From the sequence record OQ446694.1: a DNA stretch of 64,000 bases; one strand, written 5' to 3'. The translations under genes and the position numbers were made by a program. Below the pieces are notes generated by a model. It did not search any database, was not told the DNA's origin, and saw nothing but the letters and a program-made list of their open reading frames with translations. Source of the stretch: Escherichia phage Killian. Below are positions 16,369 to 25,417 of the stretch, one piece after another. Within the stretch, counting starts at the first letter, position 1; every line of letters starts with the position of its first letter.

Positions 16369-17787
16369 TTATGGATAGGTATAGATGATACCAGTTTCTA
16401 AAGCAGTTTTATGAATGATGTATCCATTACGTGATTCTTGAACATCAACTTCTGGATAGTCTTTCATCATCTTCTGAAGAGTGTAACGATGCAGGTAGTA
16501 TTTACTGTCTGGATCTTCAGTTTTCCAATCTTTACCTTCTTCGGTCATTTTTTGGATTTCATCCATAACCCACCAACCGCACCAGATATAAGCTGAAGTA
16601 CGATGTGGAAGAGGATGAACATAAGGCAATTCACCTTCTGGTTCCGGAGCAACTTTATCAGTTACCTGAACTTGGCCTGTTGCTTTAACTGTTTTACTAT
16701 CATAGTCGGTTGCTGTAACGACAGCAGTAACTTCAATAGTTTGACTTCCAATAGATGAGGTGTCAACGGTGTATACGTTAGTTGACCCTTCTACAGGAGA
16801 AGAATCTTTCTTCCATGAGTATTCGATTTGTGCTTCTTCTGGAGCATCAGTGACATTAGCCGTAAATGTAGCCGAAGCATCTTGCTGAACGTTAATAGAA
16901 GGAGGAGTCAATGTAACCTGCGGATTCATTGTCTTCTTATTAACTGTCAATGATACTTCATTAGAAGTAACTTCCTTTTCATTGTAATTTTCAGCCGTTA
17001 CTTGGGCTACACACTTAACTGTTTTAGCTCCAACTGTGGTAGGAGTATAGTTAAATGTAGTAGTAGTTTCTCCATCGACCAGAGAACCGTCAACATACCA
17101 CTGATACGTAGCAGACGCTCCTGGTGGCTGTGAATCCAAGGCAGCAGTAAATTGAACTGGGGTTCCAATTACTCCGGCAGCAGGATTAGCAGGAGTTACG
17201 GCTAACGTAGTTGTCTGTGTTTTCTTATTAACTGTTAATGATACTTCATTAGAAGTAACTGTTTTTGCGTCATAATCTGTTGCTGTTACTTGAGCTACAC
17301 ACTTGATTTTTTTAACTCCGCTTGTGTCAGGAGTGTAATTGAATGTAGCGTCAGTTGCTTCGTCTACAGGAGAACCGTCAACGTGCCATTGATACGTAGC
17401 GTTTGCACCTGATGGCTGTGAAGCTAAGGCAGCGGTAAATTCAATTGGAGTTCCAATCACTCCAGCATCAGGGCTACCAGGAGTTACAGCTAAAGTAGTT
17501 GTTTGTGTTTTATTTTTGACTGTGATAGTTGTCGTAGTTTCTGCTGTTTCAGGATCAGCTTCTGGAACTGTATTTGTTGCAACCACCTTAATAGTCTTTT
17601 GACCTGCAGGTCCTTTTAGTACATAGCTAAAAGTTGCTTCAGCTCCATCCTGTGGAACATTATCTACACTCCAAGCATAGGTAATAGTTCCACCTTCAGT
17701 TTGACCACTGGGTGTAGCAGTAAACTGCTTGGTTTCATCAATAACTCCTGTTGGGGTTTTAGGAGTTATATCAACTGTAAAAGTCAT
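16369..17787 (-). CDS. hoc: Highly immunogenic outer capsid protein Hoc, with an extra Ig-like domain
   Basis: 472 aa against 376 aa in T4; N- and C-termini match T4 Hoc; contains two about 96-aa near-identical Ig-like repeats. Confidence 0.9.
   Translation of the reverse strand: MTFTVDITPKTPTGVIDETKQFTATPSGQTEGGTITYAWSVDNVPQDGAEATFSYVLKGPAGQKTIKVVATNTVPEADPETAETTTTITVKNKTQTTTLAVTPGSPDAGVIGTPIEFTAALASQPSGANATYQWHVDGSPVDEATDATFNYTPDTSGVKKIKCVAQVTATDYDAKTVTSNEVSLTVNKKTQTTTLAVTPANPAAGVIGTPVQFTAALDSQPPGASATYQWYVDGSLVDGETTTTFNYTPTTVGAKTVKCVAQVTAENYNEKEVTSNEVSLTVNKKTMNPQVTLTPPSINVQQDASATFTANVTDAPEEAQIEYSWKKDSSPVEGSTNVYTVDTSSIGSQTIEVTAVVTATDYDSKTVKATGQVQVTDKVAPEPEGELPYVHPLPHRTSAYIWCGWWVMDEIQKMTEEGKDWKTEDPDSKYYLHRYTLQKMMKDYPEVDVQESRNGYIIHKTALETGIIYTYP
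16942..17517 (-). repeat. Tandem duplication of a 288-bp Ig-like domain unit inside hoc
   Basis: Protein repeats KNKTQTTTLAVTP...SNEVSLTV occur twice back to back; DNA shows the same about 40-nt string near 16930 and 17220. Confidence 0.85.
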
Positions 17788-17796
17788 AAGTTATCC

Positions 17797-18477
17797 TTAT
17801 TTTAATGTTACGAAAGAAGAATTGCGTGTTTCACGAATTAGAACTGATCCGTCACGATTAATGTAGTAAATTAAGCTAAATAAAGTTTGATGCGCAGACG
17901 CATGTTCAAAACTGGTTGGGCGAGATTTCCAATCTGGAGTTTCAGCAATCCATTGGTAAATCCACCAAGGAACAGTGCAGAATCCTGGATTTTTTCCAAT
18001 CAGCTGAAGATTTGGGCTAAAGTTTTCCGGAAGAGTAAATACAGACGGCTTTTCAGATTCAATAATCTCAGCTACAGCCTGTTCGAATTTTTCTTCAACA
18101 AAAGGAGTATCTTCAATCAAAACATCGGTATTTTCAGGAATTTTATCCGTTTCTACTACTTCAATTTTAATGTCAGATTTAACCGGAGAATCAATCAGAA
18201 GTGCTGCCTCTGGATTGACTTCTTCATCGTCATATTTTAATCCGTCTGCGGCATCAGCAGCATCGATTAAGTCTTTAATAGATAACCCATCAGTCTCTGG
18301 CATAGGTTCACTAGCGAGCTTCTGGAGGGCTTCTTCAATATCATTAACGATATTATCAAAAGATTTATTCTTTTTGACCTTTATACCAAACTGTTCAGCA
18401 TATTCAGCTAATTTAGCTTTAGCTTCTTTATTATCATCAAGAGCCTTCAGCTTTGCAATATAATCTTTATCTATCAT
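17797..18477 (-). CDS. inh: Inhibitor of prohead protease
   Basis: 226 aa, same length and position as T4 inh. Confidence 0.85.
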   Translation of the reverse strand: MIDKDYIAKLKALDDNKEAKAKLAEYAEQFGIKVKKNKSFDNIVNDIEEALQKLASEPMPETDGLSIKDLIDAADAADGLKYDDEEVNPEAALLIDSPVKSDIKIEVVETDKIPENTDVLIEDTPFVEEKFEQAVAEIIESEKPSVFTLPENFSPNLQLIGKNPGFCTVPWWIYQWIAETPDWKSRPTSFEHASAHQTLFSLIYYINRDGSVLIRETRNSSFVTLK

Positions 18478-18527
18478 AATATTTCCTCAGTATAAATATA
18501 GATATATTTATTACATGGTATTTAAAC

Positions 18528-20039
18528 ATGACTGACATTAAAGTACATTTTTATGATTTTAGTCACGTGAGAATTGATTGCGAAGAAAGTACATTTCATG
18601 AACTCCGTGATTTCTTTAGCTTTGAAGCTGATGGGTATCGTTTTAATCCGAAATACAAATATGGCCACTGGGATGGACGAATTCGTCTTTTAGATTATAA
18701 TCGCCTTCTTCCATTCGGTTTAGTCGGGCAAATTAAAAAGTTCTGTGATAACTTTGGCTATAAAGCCTGGATTGACCCGCAAATTAACGAAAAAGAAGAA
18801 TTATCAAGAAAAGATTTTGATGAATGGCTTTCTAAATTAGAAATCTATTCAGGAAATAAAAGAATTGAACCGCATTGGTATCAAAAAGATGCAGTGTTCG
18901 AAGGATTAGTTAATCGTCGTAGAATTCTTAATCTTCCAACATCCGCAGGTAAATCTTTAATTCAAGCTTTGCTCGCTCGGTATTATTTGGAAAATTATGA
19001 AGGCAAAATTCTTATCATTGTTCCAACAACTGCTCTGACAACTCAGATGGCTGATGACTTTGTTGACTATCGTTTATTCAGTCATGCAATGATAAAGAAA
19101 ATCGGCGGTGGAGCATCAAAAGATGATAAATATAAAAATGATGCACCGGTCGTTGTTGGTACATGGCAAACTGTAGTAAAACAACCAAAAGAATGGTTCT
19201 CACAGTTTGGAATGATGATGAATGATGAATGTCATCTTGCTACAGGAAAAAGTATTTCATCTATCATATCAGGTTTAAATAACTGTATGTTTAAATTTGG
19301 TTTGTCTGGTTCATTGCGCGATGGCAAAGCTAATATCATGCAGTATGTTGGAATGTTCGGTGAAATATTTAAGCCAGTAACGACCTCTAAATTAATGGAA
19401 GATGGACAAGTAACTGAGTTAAAAATTAATAGTATTTTTCTTCGCTATCCCGATGAGTTCACTACTAAATTAAAGGGAAAAACTTACCAAGAAGAAATAA
19501 AAATTATTACTGGGCTCAGTAAAAGAAATAAATGGATCGCTAAATTAGCTATTAAGCTTGCGCAAAAAGATGAAAATGCTTTTGTCATGTTTAAACACGT
19601 ATCGCACGGTAAAGCTATTTTCGATTTAATTAAAAATGAATACGATAAAGTTTATTACGTATCAGGGGAAGTTGATACCGAAACCCGCAATATAATGAAA
19701 ACCTTAGCTGAAAACGGTAAAGGAATAATTATAGTAGCTAGTTATGGTGTATTTTCTACCGGTATTTCAGTTAAAAATCTGCATCACGTTGTTTTAGCAC
19801 ACGGTGTTAAATCTAAAATTATTGTATTGCAAACAATAGGTCGCGTATTACGTAAGCATGGTTCTAAAACAATCGCAACAGTCTGGGACCTCATAGATGA
19901 CGCGGGCGTAGTTTCTAAATCAAAAACATCTTCTAAAAAATACTCGCATTTAAACTATCTTTTAAAACATGGACTTGATCGTATTCAGCGTTATGCTGAT
20001 GAGAAGTTTAATTATGTGATGAAAGAGGTTAAACTTTGA
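18528..20039 (+). CDS. uvsW: UvsW RNA-DNA / DNA helicase
   Basis: 503 aa; helicase motifs (DECH box, TSAGKS Walker A-like). Confidence 0.9.
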   Translation: MTDIKVHFYDFSHVRIDCEESTFHELRDFFSFEADGYRFNPKYKYGHWDGRIRLLDYNRLLPFGLVGQIKKFCDNFGYKAWIDPQINEKEELSRKDFDEWLSKLEIYSGNKRIEPHWYQKDAVFEGLVNRRRILNLPTSAGKSLIQALLARYYLENYEGKILIIVPTTALTTQMADDFVDYRLFSHAMIKKIGGGASKDDKYKNDAPVVVGTWQTVVKQPKEWFSQFGMMMNDECHLATGKSISSIISGLNNCMFKFGLSGSLRDGKANIMQYVGMFGEIFKPVTTSKLMEDGQVTELKINSIFLRYPDEFTTKLKGKTYQEEIKIITGLSKRNKWIAKLAIKLAQKDENAFVMFKHVSHGKAIFDLIKNEYDKVYYVSGEVDTETRNIMKTLAENGKGIIIVASYGVFSTGISVKNLHHVVLAHGVKSKIIVLQTIGRVLRKHGSKTIATVWDLIDDAGVVSKSKTSSKKYSHLNYLLKHGLDRIQRYADEKFNYVMKEVKL

Positions 20040-20728
20040 ATTATAAATTAATATATGATAATTTAATTAATAGAGCCCAGAATCGGGCTCGCCTTAATGG
20101 ATACACTGAAACTCATCATATAATTCCTAGATGTATGGGTGGTACAGATGATAAGTGTAATTTGGTAGAACTAACAGCTGAAGAGCATTTTATAGCTCAT
20201 AAACTTTTAGCTAAAATTCATCCAAACCATTACGGTATAATTAAAGCCGTTATATGTATGGGAATGAATTCAAATACTCATGAAAGACACGTTAATAAAT
20301 CTTACGCCTGGGAACGTCGTAAAATGGCAAAACTTCAATCAGGTGAAGGTAATCCATTTTACGGAAAACACCATACGGAAGAACATAAACAATATATGTC
20401 AAAACTCATGAAAAATCGTCCAATTACGTGGGGAAGTAAAATTAGTAAAACTAAAAGAATGAACCCAACAAAATGGACTGAAGAAGCTAAAAGATTGCAT
20501 TCTATCAATCAATCAGGTAAAAATAATGGCATGTATGGAAGGAAACATTCCGCTAAATCTATTCAGAAAATTAAAGATAACATGCCAGATAATTCAGGAG
20601 CTAATAACCCAGCTGCTAAACCTATAGAAGTAAATGGTGTTAAGTATAAATGCATGAAAGATGCTTCTAAAGCTACTGGATTATCAATGTACAAACTAAG
20701 AATACTTAGAAAAACAGTTAATTTATAA
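20036..20728 (+). CDS. HNH homing endonuclease, MobE-like, with NUMOD-like repeats
   Basis: N-terminus ...YTETHHIIPRCMGGTDDKCNLVELTAEEHFIAH closely parallels the mobE product at 47946-48587; apparent TTG start overlapping the uvsW stop with AGAGG about 8 nt upstream. Confidence 0.8.
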   Translation: MNYKLIYDNLINRAQNRARLNGYTETHHIIPRCMGGTDDKCNLVELTAEEHFIAHKLLAKIHPNHYGIIKAVICMGMNSNTHERHVNKSYAWERRKMAKLQSGEGNPFYGKHHTEEHKQYMSKLMKNRPITWGSKISKTKRMNPTKWTEEAKRLHSINQSGKNNGMYGRKHSAKSIQKIKDNMPDNSGANNPAAKPIEVNGVKYKCMKDASKATGLSMYKLRILRKTVNL

Positions 20729-20740
20729 GGGCTTCGGCCC
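20729..20740 (+). terminator. Small hairpin GGGC-TTCG-GCCC after the HNH gene
   Basis: 4-bp GC stem with tetraloop; weak; directly abuts the uvsW.1 ribosome-binding site. Confidence 0.3.
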
Positions 20741-20753
20741 TTTGGAGAAAAAG

Positions 20754-20984
20754 ATGTTACTAGAATTTAAACAATTTCTTTATGAAGCTTCTATTGATGA
20801 ATTTATGGGTAAAATTGCCTCTTGTCAAACAATAGAAGGTCTAGAAGAACTTGAAGCTTATTATAAGAAAAGAGTTAAAGAAACTGAATTAAAAGATACT
20901 GATGACATCTCAGTCAGAGATGCTTTGGCAGGAAAAAGAGCTGAATTAGAAGATTCAGACGATGAAGTAGAAGAAAACTTTTAA
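20754..20984 (+). CDS. uvsW.1: UvsW.1 small acidic helical protein
   Basis: 76 aa from the ATG at 20754 (track start 20742 is TTG), preceded by GGAG; acidic; T4 UvsW.1 is 76 aa. Confidence 0.7.
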   Translation: MLLEFKQFLYEASIDEFMGKIASCQTIEGLEELEAYYKKRVKETELKDTDDISVRDALAGKRAELEDSDDEVEENF

Positions 20985-21039
20985 ATTAAAAAAGGCCCAA
21001 CCAAAAAGGAAGGGCCAAAACTATAGACTAAAGGTCACA

Positions 21040-21207
21040 CTATAGCAAAAGTTGAGTTTCATTTAATTGTTCTTCCGAACTTTCTGAAACTGGTAGTTCT
21101 TTAATGTAATTATAACAAGGCCCAGGATGTACAGGACCTTTGTCTGTTTCAACAACCAATGCAGAATCGATTGGAGTTTTACAGACAACGCAAATCTTAT
21201 CTGACAT
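21040..21207 (-). CDS. Small Cys-containing protein (uvsY.-2 position), not in the ORF track
   Basis: 55-aa ORF MSDKICVVCKTPIDS... with GAGGAG 6 nt upstream of the ATG; fills the gap between uvsW.1 and uvsY.-1. Confidence 0.6.
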   Translation of the reverse strand: MSDKICVVCKTPIDSALVVETDKGPVHPGPCYNYIKELPVSESSEEQLNETQLLL

Positions 21208-21235
21208 GATTGTCTCCTCTAAATTATATATCTAT

Positions 21236-21460
21236 TTATATAACTCTCATATGCATATCAATGCCCATATCTTTAGAATAAAAATATTCATCAAGATATC
21301 CGGCAAATTTTCCTTTAACATAAAGTACATCTTCACCACATGGATGATCGGCCAGGATACGAATATCCTGACGCTTGAGATTATACTTTTTCATTAAGAA
21401 TTGAATTTCCGTTTCGAATTCTTCTTCATAATTAAAAGCATCATCAATGCTATATTTCAT
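21236..21460 (-). CDS. Hypothetical protein (uvsY.-1 position)
   Basis: 74-aa ORF immediately upstream of uvsY. Confidence 0.65.
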   Translation of the reverse strand: MKYSIDDAFNYEEEFETEIQFLMKKYNLKRQDIRILADHPCGEDVLYVKGKFAGYLDEYFYSKDMGIDMHMRVI

Positions 21461-21873
21461 TATTTTCCAGCCTCAAATGCTCGCATGTCTTGAATATGCT
21501 TAATAGCAAATCCGCGTGATTTAATAGCATCAAGAGCTCCGCTACAGAAATCCAATAAAATTCCCCAATACTGCAATGAAGTATCAACTTTTAAAACATC
21601 CTTATCAGCTGATAGAACTGTCTTCATTTCTGATTTCTCATAACGGTCCATACTAAATTCATCACCATCTCCTCGTCCCGAGTAGTAGTCTAATTTAGCT
21701 TTAAGAGCAACTTTTTTCTGTGCTTCAATTCTAAGCATTTCCTTTTTAATACTTGAATGCTTATTGAGCCATTTACTATATAACATCACATTATTAGCTG
21801 CTTCATACTGTAATTTAGTCGAATCTATAAACACATCTTTCTTCAATTCTTCTTGAAGATCTTCTAATTTCAT
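21460..21873 (-). CDS. uvsY: Recombination mediator UvsY
   Basis: 137 aa, same as T4 UvsY; synteny with 25/26. Confidence 0.9.
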   Translation of the reverse strand: MKLEDLQEELKKDVFIDSTKLQYEAANNVMLYSKWLNKHSSIKKEMLRIEAQKKVALKAKLDYYSGRGDGDEFSMDRYEKSEMKTVLSADKDVLKVDTSLQYWGILLDFCSGALDAIKSRGFAIKHIQDMRAFEAGK

Positions 21874-21939
21874 ATTGTTCTCTATTCAATTGTTATTGGA
21901 TGGACTTAGATTCATTATACCACGTTTATACGTGAAGCA

Positions 21940-22338
21940 TTATACTCTGTTACTGGAAGCCAGTTGTAGTTTTATCTGCTCAATATCATCAGGGTTATCA
22001 ATGACTGAAAAGCGTATTTCTACTATCAGAGTATAATCATCATAAACCGGTATTACATTAACTGCTAATTTATCAATACGTGGCTCGTAGTTTCTTACTG
22101 CGCTTTCAATGTTACGCTCAACAGTATCAGCAGTAAGAGGAGTCATATTCTCAAAAAGCTGATCAGATAAATCGCATCCAAATTCTGGGTCAAATGGCCT
22201 TGACCCTTTCCTGGTTGTAATAATTCCTAAAAGGCTATTTTTAATTGACCTTAATCCAAGGGATCTAGAAACATCTTTATCCCAATCCATTTTCATTTCT
22301 GGGTCAATGTCAGAATAAAGCTTATTAATATTTGCCAT
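21940..22338 (-). CDS. 25: Baseplate wedge protein gp25
   Basis: 132 aa; synteny. Confidence 0.9.
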   Translation of the reverse strand: MANINKLYSDIDPEMKMDWDKDVSRSLGLRSIKNSLLGIITTRKGSRPFDPEFGCDLSDQLFENMTPLTADTVERNIESAVRNYEPRIDKLAVNVIPVYDDYTLIVEIRFSVIDNPDDIEQIKLQLASSNRV

Positions 22339-22964
22339 TACAATAGCTCAAAGAATTCTTTGAGTCCTCTTATTACATGAGCGTGAGTTTTTCCACACTC
22401 TGGACACTTAATTGGAACAGCCAAATAAACAGTAGGCTTTAAAAGCATATCTTTTATAGCTACAATATCTGACTCTGTGATGATAGAATATAAATCTTCC
22501 AGTTCTTTTTCATTTAAGTCTTCAACTGGAATGCTTTCACCGTTAGCATGAATCGTTTCTATACATGATACTATCATGTGGGCTATATTTTTATCATCAA
22601 AAATTTTAGGGTAATGGAACTTAATTTTAATGTCACCCAGTGTATACCAGAGGTCTTCTGGTGCATCTATTTGTGTATGTAATAGATTTATATGGGTTGG
22701 TATTTCAGCTCCACAGGTGCACTTCCAGGAGTTTTCATGATTAACTTCTCCAAGAGAATGCGCCCATAAATGAATCAGCAGTAGTTCTGATTCTTGACGG
22801 TTTAAATCTTTTGCATTTGTGCATTCTTTGATTAGCTTTTTAACGATCTCTTCTACTGAACCGTTCTTTTTAGCAGTAATAAGCTCTAGATATTCTTTAA
22901 GAGTAAATGCGCGACAGTTGATTATTTTAGAACCAACTCTCACATCAAATTTGTATTCATACAT
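22338..22964 (-). CDS. 26: Baseplate hub protein gp26
   Basis: 208 aa; synteny; divergent from gene 51. Confidence 0.85.
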   Translation of the reverse strand: MYEYKFDVRVGSKIINCRAFTLKEYLELITAKKNGSVEEIVKKLIKECTNAKDLNRQESELLLIHLWAHSLGEVNHENSWKCTCGAEIPTHINLLHTQIDAPEDLWYTLGDIKIKFHYPKIFDDKNIAHMIVSCIETIHANGESIPVEDLNEKELEDLYSIITESDIVAIKDMLLKPTVYLAVPIKCPECGKTHAHVIRGLKEFFELL

Positions 22965-22985
22965 ATTTAGCTCCTTTATTTATCA

Positions 22986-22997
22986 TATTTATAAATA
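22986..22997. promoter_or_regulatory. Overlapping divergent late promoters between genes 26 (-) and 51 (+)
   Basis: TATTTATAAATA: TATAAATA reads on the plus strand at 22990-22997 and on the minus strand at 22986-22993. Confidence 0.6.
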
Positions 22998-23014
22998 GAA
23001 TAAAAGGAGCATCT

Positions 23015-23767
23015 ATGGCAAACATTATTCGTTGTAAATTACCAGATGGTGTTCATCGTTTTAAACCATTTACGGTAGAAGATTATCGAGATTTTTTGTT
23101 AGTTCGAAACGATATAGAACATCGGTCACCACAAGAACAAAAAGAAATAATTGCTGATTTAATTGCCGATTATTTTGGAGACTATCCGAAGACTTGGCAA
23201 CCATTTATATTTTTGCAGGTATTTGTAGGGTCAATAGGTAAAACTAAAGTACCGGTCACATTTGCATGTCCAAAATGCAAAAAAGAAAAGACAGTTCCAT
23301 TTGAAATATATCAAAAAGAATTAAAGGAACCTGTTTTTGATGTAGCTAATGTTAAAATTAAATTAAAGTTTCCTTCTGAGTTTTATGAAAATAAAGCAAA
23401 GATGATTACTGAAAATATTCATTCCGTTCAAGTAGATGAAATGTGGTATGATTGGAAGGAAATTAGCGAATCGAGTCAAATAGAACTTGTTGATGCCATC
23501 GAGATAGAAACATTAGAAAAAATTCTCGATGCAATGAATCCTATTAATTTAACATTGCATATGTCGTGTTGTAATAAGTATGTAAAAAAATACACTGATA
23601 TAGTAGATGTGTTTAAGCTATTAGTTAATCCAGATGAGATATTTACTTTTTATCAAATTAATCACACACTTGTAAAAAGTAATTATAGCTTAAATTCAAT
23701 AATGAAAATGATTCCTGCTGAGCGCGGATTCGTATTAAAACTGATTGAGAAGGATAAACAACAATGA
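23015..23767 (+). CDS. 51: Baseplate hub assembly catalyst gp51
   Basis: 250 aa; synteny 26-51-27. Confidence 0.85.
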   Translation: MANIIRCKLPDGVHRFKPFTVEDYRDFLLVRNDIEHRSPQEQKEIIADLIADYFGDYPKTWQPFIFLQVFVGSIGKTKVPVTFACPKCKKEKTVPFEIYQKELKEPVFDVANVKIKLKFPSEFYENKAKMITENIHSVQVDEMWYDWKEISESSQIELVDAIEIETLEKILDAMNPINLTLHMSCCNKYVKKYTDIVDVFKLLVNPDEIFTFYQINHTLVKSNYSLNSIMKMIPAERGFVLKLIEKDKQQ

Positions 23768-24939
23768 GTATGTTGCAACGCCCCGGATATCCAAATCTCA
23801 GCGTTAAATTATTTGAGAGTTATGACGCTTGGAGTAATAATAGATTTGTTGAATTAGCTGCTACTATTACCACATTAACTATGCGGGATTCTCTTTATGG
23901 TCGAAATGAAGGAATGCTGCAGTTTTATGATTCTAAAAATATCCATACAAAAATGGATGGAAATGAAATAATTCAGATTTCTGTAGCTAATGCAAACGAT
24001 ATTAATAATGTTAAAACACGAATTTATGGATGTAAGCACTTTTCCGTATCGGTAGATTCAAAGGGTGATAACATCATTGCTATTGAATTGGGAACTATTC
24101 ATTCTATAGAAAATCTTAAATTTGGCAGACCGTTTTTCTCTGATGCAGGTGAATCTATAAAGGAAATGCTTGGTGTCATTTATCAGGATCGCACGTTATT
24201 AACTCCAGCAATAAATGCCATAAATGCCTATGTTCCTGATATTCCATGGACTAGCACATTTGAAAACTATTTGTCGTATGTCAGAGAAGTTGCTCTAGCT
24301 GTAGGAAGTGACAAATTTGTATTTGTATGGCAAGACATCATGGGAGTTAACATGATGGACTATGATATGATGATAAATCAAGAACCATATCCAATGATTG
24401 TCGGTGAGCCATCTTTAATAGGTCAATTCATCCAAGAATTAAAATATCCATTAGCATATGATTTCGTTTGGTTGACTAAATCGAATCCTCATAAACGCGA
24501 CCCAATGAAAAATGCTACTATTTATGCTCATTCATTTTTAGATTCTTCATTGCCAATGATTACTACAGGAAAGGGCGAAAACTCTATTGTAGTGTCAAGG
24601 TCAGGTGCTTATTCTGAAATGACTTATAGGAATGGCTATGAAGAAGCTATTCGTCTTCAAACTATGGCACAATACGATGGCTATGCTAAATGTTCTACTG
24701 TCGGTAATTTTAACTTGACTCCTGGCGTTAAAATTATTTTTAATGATAGTAAAAACCAATTTAAAACAGAATTTTACGTTGATGAAGTTATCCATGAATT
24801 ATCCAATAATAATTCAGTAACTCATCTATATATGTTCACTAATGCAACGAAACTGGAAACAATAGACCCAGTTAAGGTTAAAAATGAATTTAAATCTGAT
24901 ACTACCACTGAAGAAAGTAGTTCTTCCAATAAGCAATAA
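23764..24939 (+). CDS. 27: Baseplate hub protein gp27
   Basis: 391 aa, same as T4 gp27. Confidence 0.9.
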   Translation: MSMLQRPGYPNLSVKLFESYDAWSNNRFVELAATITTLTMRDSLYGRNEGMLQFYDSKNIHTKMDGNEIIQISVANANDINNVKTRIYGCKHFSVSVDSKGDNIIAIELGTIHSIENLKFGRPFFSDAGESIKEMLGVIYQDRTLLTPAINAINAYVPDIPWTSTFENYLSYVREVALAVGSDKFVFVWQDIMGVNMMDYDMMINQEPYPMIVGEPSLIGQFIQELKYPLAYDFVWLTKSNPHKRDPMKNATIYAHSFLDSSLPMITTGKGENSIVVSRSGAYSEMTYRNGYEEAIRLQTMAQYDGYAKCSTVGNFNLTPGVKIIFNDSKNQFKTEFYVDEVIHELSNNNSVTHLYMFTNATKLETIDPVKVKNEFKSDTTTEESSSSNKQ

Positions 24940-25417
24940 AGAAGTTTCTATTCCTAAAATGGGTCTTAAACATTATAACATTTTAAAAGATGTTAAAGGT
25001 CCTGATGAAAATTTAAAACTTCTTATTGATTCTATTTGTCCGAATTTATCACCGGCAGAAGTTGATTTCGTTTCTATTCATTTATTGGAATTTAATGGAA
25101 AGATTAAATCTCGTAAAGAAATAGATGGTTATACTTATGACATTAATGATGTTTATGTATGCCAAAGATTAGAATTTCAATACCAAGGAAATACATTTTA
25201 TTTTAGACCTCCTGGAAAATTTGAGCAATTTTTGACAGTAAGCGATATGTTATCTAAATGCTTGCTTAAGGTCAATGATGAAGTTAAAGAAATTAATTTT
25301 CTTGAGATGCCAGCATTTGTATTAAAATGGGCAAATGATATTTCTACAACTTTAGCAATTCCTGGCCCTAATGGTCCAATAACTGGAATTGGCAATATTA
25401 TTGGATTATTTGAATGA
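24884..25417 (+). CDS. 28: Baseplate hub distal subunit gp28
   Basis: 177 aa; overlaps the 3' end of gene 27. Confidence 0.85.
   Translation: MNLNLILPLKKVVLPISNKEVSIPKMGLKHYNILKDVKGPDENLKLLIDSICPNLSPAEVDFVSIHLLEFNGKIKSRKEIDGYTYDINDVYVCQRLEFQYQGNTFYFRPPGKFEQFLTVSDMLSKCLLKVNDEVKEINFLEMPAFVLKWANDISTTLAIPGPNGPITGIGNIIGLFE

Noticed and set aside
17887-18463. Two plus-strand ORFs (117 and 97 aa) inside inh
   Set aside because: They are antisense to the conserved inh gene with low-complexity composition; no RBS or conservation argument.
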